Source: an uncultured Alicyclobacillaceae bacterium (lineage in GTDB: Bacteria; Bacillota; Bacilli; Alicyclobacillales; Alicyclobacillaceae). Taken from it: 64,000 bases of DNA. The notes under the pieces were generated by a model. It saw nothing but the letters and a program-made list of their open reading frames with translations, searched no databases and was not told where the DNA came from. The stretch spans positions 2,533-66,532 of the forward strand of contig CAVWUS010000012.1 in assembly GCA_963758235.1 (NCBI GenBank). Direction: 5' to 3'. The position numbers and the translations under genes were made by a program. Of the stretch, positions 61,781-64,000 are shown in pieces (the stretch's first letter is position 1; each line of letters begins with the position of its first letter).

Positions 61781-62951
61781 TTGGGGAAAAGAAACTGCAA
61801 TGGTCACGCCACGCGTTTTGCTTCACTCGCCATGACCAGCTGCAGCCCGACGAATGCTCATGCACAAACGACAACGCAGACGAAAACACAAACAGGCTCA
61901 GCGGTTGGGAGTCTTCCCAAGGATAAAAATGGCGTGATCATGGTCAATTATGGCGGAACTATTGGAACGCAATACAACCCTACGACCATCTCACAGTATG
62001 CACAATCTCGATACTCTCTTTATGAGCAGACCAAAAATCCGATATACAAGACCGAGTTTATGGCGCAGATCAACTGGTTGGAAACAAACTACAAACAAGT
62101 GTCGCCAACCATGATTGCCTATCCATATCCATTCCCATGGCCGAATTACAACCTGCCTGTTGGTTGGTACTCCGGTCTAGCGCAGGGGAAGCGATGGAAG
62201 CCCTCATGGAAGCATACACCATCACACATAACAAGAAATTGCTTACGATGATTCCCGAGATCAAGAACCTTATGTTGCTTCCAGTTTCTAAAGGCGGCTT
62301 ATTGAGGAATACCCCTGAAGGTGGGCCGTGGATCGAGGAATATCCGAGCAAGCAGCCGAACCTGGTACTGAACGGGTTCATGTTCGCACTGATGGATTTG
62401 CATGACTATTGCAAGATGTTCCCAAAGATAAGGCTACGTATGCCGAGTATCAGAAACTACTCAAATCATTGAAAACATCCATCAAGTATTACGATACCGG
62501 GAGCTGGACGCGGTATAATCGCGCTTCACAGGAACTTGCATCGGTCAACTACATGAATGTGCATGTTGAGGAATTGCGGGAATTGTACACCATGACACAT
62601 GACCCATTCTTCAAAAATCTCGCCAACAAATGGTCGCAGTATCTGACAACCGACAAGGTATACCCAACAAAAGGATTCAAGACGTACATCACCAACGTAA
62701 CTCACATCACGAATCCGACATTCGAGTTAGACGCAGCTTTCAAAGGATTTCCGGTAGACGGTAATGACGTGATCGTGATTTACCGATATGCAAACAGTCC
62801 AAAGCAACTTGCAAAGACACCGTGGAACGAATATATGTACTATCCGACATTTGACCAGAAGCAGACGACAGAAGCGCCGTACTACCAGTTCAAGGTCGTG
62901 TACTACTCGAATTCGCCATCACAGATACTTGAAACCTTTAGGGTTCATTGA
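61781..62951 (+). pseudogene. secreted D-glucuronyl C5-epimerase C-terminal-domain-like protein, two frame breaks
   Basis: Signal-like N-terminus. WYSGLAQG / EAMEALMEAY / VLNGFMFALMDLHDY / YDTGSWTRY motifs are spread over ORFs 61781-62251, 62137-62472 and 62409-62951. Breaks are at about 62185 and about 62428. Confidence 0.6.
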
Positions 62952-62968
62952 GAAAAGGAGGATGAGTG

Positions 62969-63214
62969 ATGGTTGACAAGGATGAATCGATGGAATTAGC
63001 CATAAAAGCAATCTATGGCGAAAACGTCACAATCACTCGGGGCGGAACACATTCATTCACAAATGAAGAAGGTATGCGACAGTTTTGGAATATGGATGAT
63101 AAAACAAACACCCATTACTGCCCCAACTGTGGATTCGAGACTGAACATAGAGCATGTGCGCCGTATTGTAGGAATTGTGGTTATAAAGCACCTTGTGGCG
63201 ACCCTTACTCGTGA
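62969..63214 (+). CDS. small zinc-ribbon protein
   Basis: 81 aa with CPNCGFE...CRNCGY. An AAGGAGG SD lies 7 nt upstream of the ATG at 62969. Confidence 0.5.
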   Translation: MVDKDESMELAIKAIYGENVTITRGGTHSFTNEEGMRQFWNMDDKTNTHYCPNCGFETEHRACAPYCRNCGYKAPCGDPYS

Positions 63215-63227
63215 GGAGGAATGGGTG

Positions 63228-63434
63228 ATGAGATGCACATTCTGCGATAGTGTGTTTGACGTTGTTGAAACGGACGTGAATGGAATCATTCTATGTGCTT
63301 CATGCAAGTCTGATTTAGACCGTGGACGAACGCTGACTAAGACTGTTTCACTTATAGATGCCCCAACGTGGTTGAATGATTTGCGACAACCCGAACTGAG
63401 CGAATACGAAACAAGAATGCCGCACAAATTGTGA
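63228..63434 (+). CDS. small zinc-ribbon protein
   Basis: 68 aa, MRCTFCDSVF...CASCKSDL. A GAGGAGG SD lies upstream. The track ORF 63015-63434 is over-extended. Confidence 0.5.
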   Translation: MRCTFCDSVFDVVETDVNGIILCASCKSDLDRGRTLTKTVSLIDAPTWLNDLRQPELSEYETRMPHKL

Positions 63435-63549
63435 CGGAGATCGCACAAGGTCTCCCACGCGAGCAACTGTAAGCCTACACTAGACACAAAGTAAGCAAGC
63501 GAGCCAACCAAAGGAGAAGTTATGTTATTCAAATTTCTACGCATGCACA

Positions 63550-63732
63550 GTGACCCTAACAACAAACAATGCACCTTTATACTGGCAAGTGGAAGCATCT
63601 ACACGTACGGGAGCAATAGAAAAGTTCTGTAAGGAGTATCACCTGATACTTGCGGAGATGCTGGGTGAGCCTGTGTGGTTTGAGACAGAGGATAAAGCGA
63701 TGATGAGGTATTTGGTGAGCGATGGAGAATAA
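63550..63732 (+). CDS. hypothetical small protein
   Basis: 60-aa GTG-start ORF with protein-like sequence. A strong SD plus ATG at 63522 is in another frame, so a frame break at about 63570 is possible. Confidence 0.3.
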   Translation: MTLTTNNAPLYWQVEASTRTGAIEKFCKEYHLILAEMLGEPVWFETEDKAMMRYLVSDGE

Positions 63733-63770
63733 GCCCCGACATGTGACCGGGGCCGCGATGCGAACTGTGA

Positions 63771-64000
63771 CTAGGCTTGCGCAGGCACTTCCTCTGTAGG
63801 TGCAGTATTGACGCTCTTCAGGTCTTGGATCGCCTTGAAGATGGTCAGACCCTGCAACGCATTTACTGCGCTCTCAGCGCTCTTTAAGCGCACTTTCAAT
63901 CTGTGCGTCAGTGATGTTAAGACCAAGTTTAGAGAGTTCCGTACGAGCCATGATGACTGCGGCATTCTGTTCGTTCGCATCGAGTGCAGAGTAACCTTTG
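63771..64000 (-). CDS. hypothetical protein, partial at window edge, possibly frameshifted
   Basis: The edge frame reads KGYSALDANEQNAAVIMARTELSKLGLNITDAQIESALKER-stop. Protein-like sequence continues in the frame of ORF 63771-63980 (…SAESAVNALQGLTIFKAIQDLKSV…). Confidence 0.3.
   Translation of the reverse strand, partial: KVTLHSMRTNRMPQSSWLVRNSLNLVLTSLTHRLKVRLKSAESAVNALQGLTIFKAIQDLKSVNTAPTEEVPAQA

Larger units (their letters stand above)
57614..64000. mobile_element. AT-richer integrated mobile-element-like island (partial; right end beyond window)
   Basis: It contains an FtsK/SpoIIIE-type translocase, a replication-relaxation-like protein, an XRE/Cro-like regulator divergent from a small-ORF operon, cargo genes and several frame breaks. 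Composition is visibly more AT-rich than the flanks (by eye). No integrase or att repeat is seen in the window. Confidence 0.5.

Noticed and set aside
1-64000. CRISPR arrays, rRNA genes, known defence systems, transposases or integrases
   Set aside because: None was recognised on either strand. The only regular repeats (2.85-3.5 kb) lack CRISPR-like identical repeats and spacer regularity.

Overview
This window looks like chromosome from an endospore-forming, moderately GC-rich Bacillales-type Firmicute. Gene order on the minus strand closely follows the Bacillus subtilis sleB-ypeB ... cmk-rpsA-der-gpsA-spoIVA-mtrB-hepS-menH-hepT-ndk ... aro/trp region. It is mostly housekeeping:
- an XPB-type helicase cassette;
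- an aroC-aroB-(leader)-trpDCFBA-aroF supraoperon;
- three tandem M42 peptidases, rluD, and two ABC exporters;
- sucAB, the hepS-menG-hepT-ndk block, and mtrB (TRAP);
- spoIVA, gcvH, gpsA, plsY, der, rpsA, plsC and cmk;
- a PilZ protein, ypeB-sleB, a glutamate dehydrogenase, a MecA-type adaptor and ccpA;
- three tRNAs: Gly-CCC, Pro-GGG and Leu-UAG.

Observations worth a second look:
1. I count at least about 20 reading-frame breaks in otherwise recognisable genes: trpF, trpB, one M42 peptidase, an SDR, a Cys/Met PLP enzyme, a thiolase, sucB, a patatin, hepT, ypeB, an M20 dipeptidase, a UvrD-like helicase, and island genes. This is either massive pseudogenisation or assembly indels, and I cannot tell which from sequence alone.
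2. A TRAP-style leader (GAG/UAG triplets plus an intrinsic terminator) sits directly upstream of trpD. No trpE or trpG is present in the operon.
3. A roughly 0.7 kb ORF-free region (2.85-3.5 kb) carries two families of short repeats spaced about 51-58 bp apart, in a forward-forward-reverse-reverse pattern.
4. Two perfect anti-Shine-Dalgarno copies lie upstream of the XPB helicase ribosome-binding site.
5. An AT-richer islet follows tRNA-Gly. It holds a tandem GerPA/PF-like pair and gene fragments.
6. An AT-richer mobile-element-like island (57.6 kb to the window end) has an FtsK/SpoIIIE-type translocase, a replication-relaxation-like protein, an XRE switch and a secreted C5-epimerase-like cargo gene. 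Several of these are frameshifted.

I did not recognise any known defence system, CRISPR array or rRNA. All family assignments come from motif recognition by eye and no searches were run.
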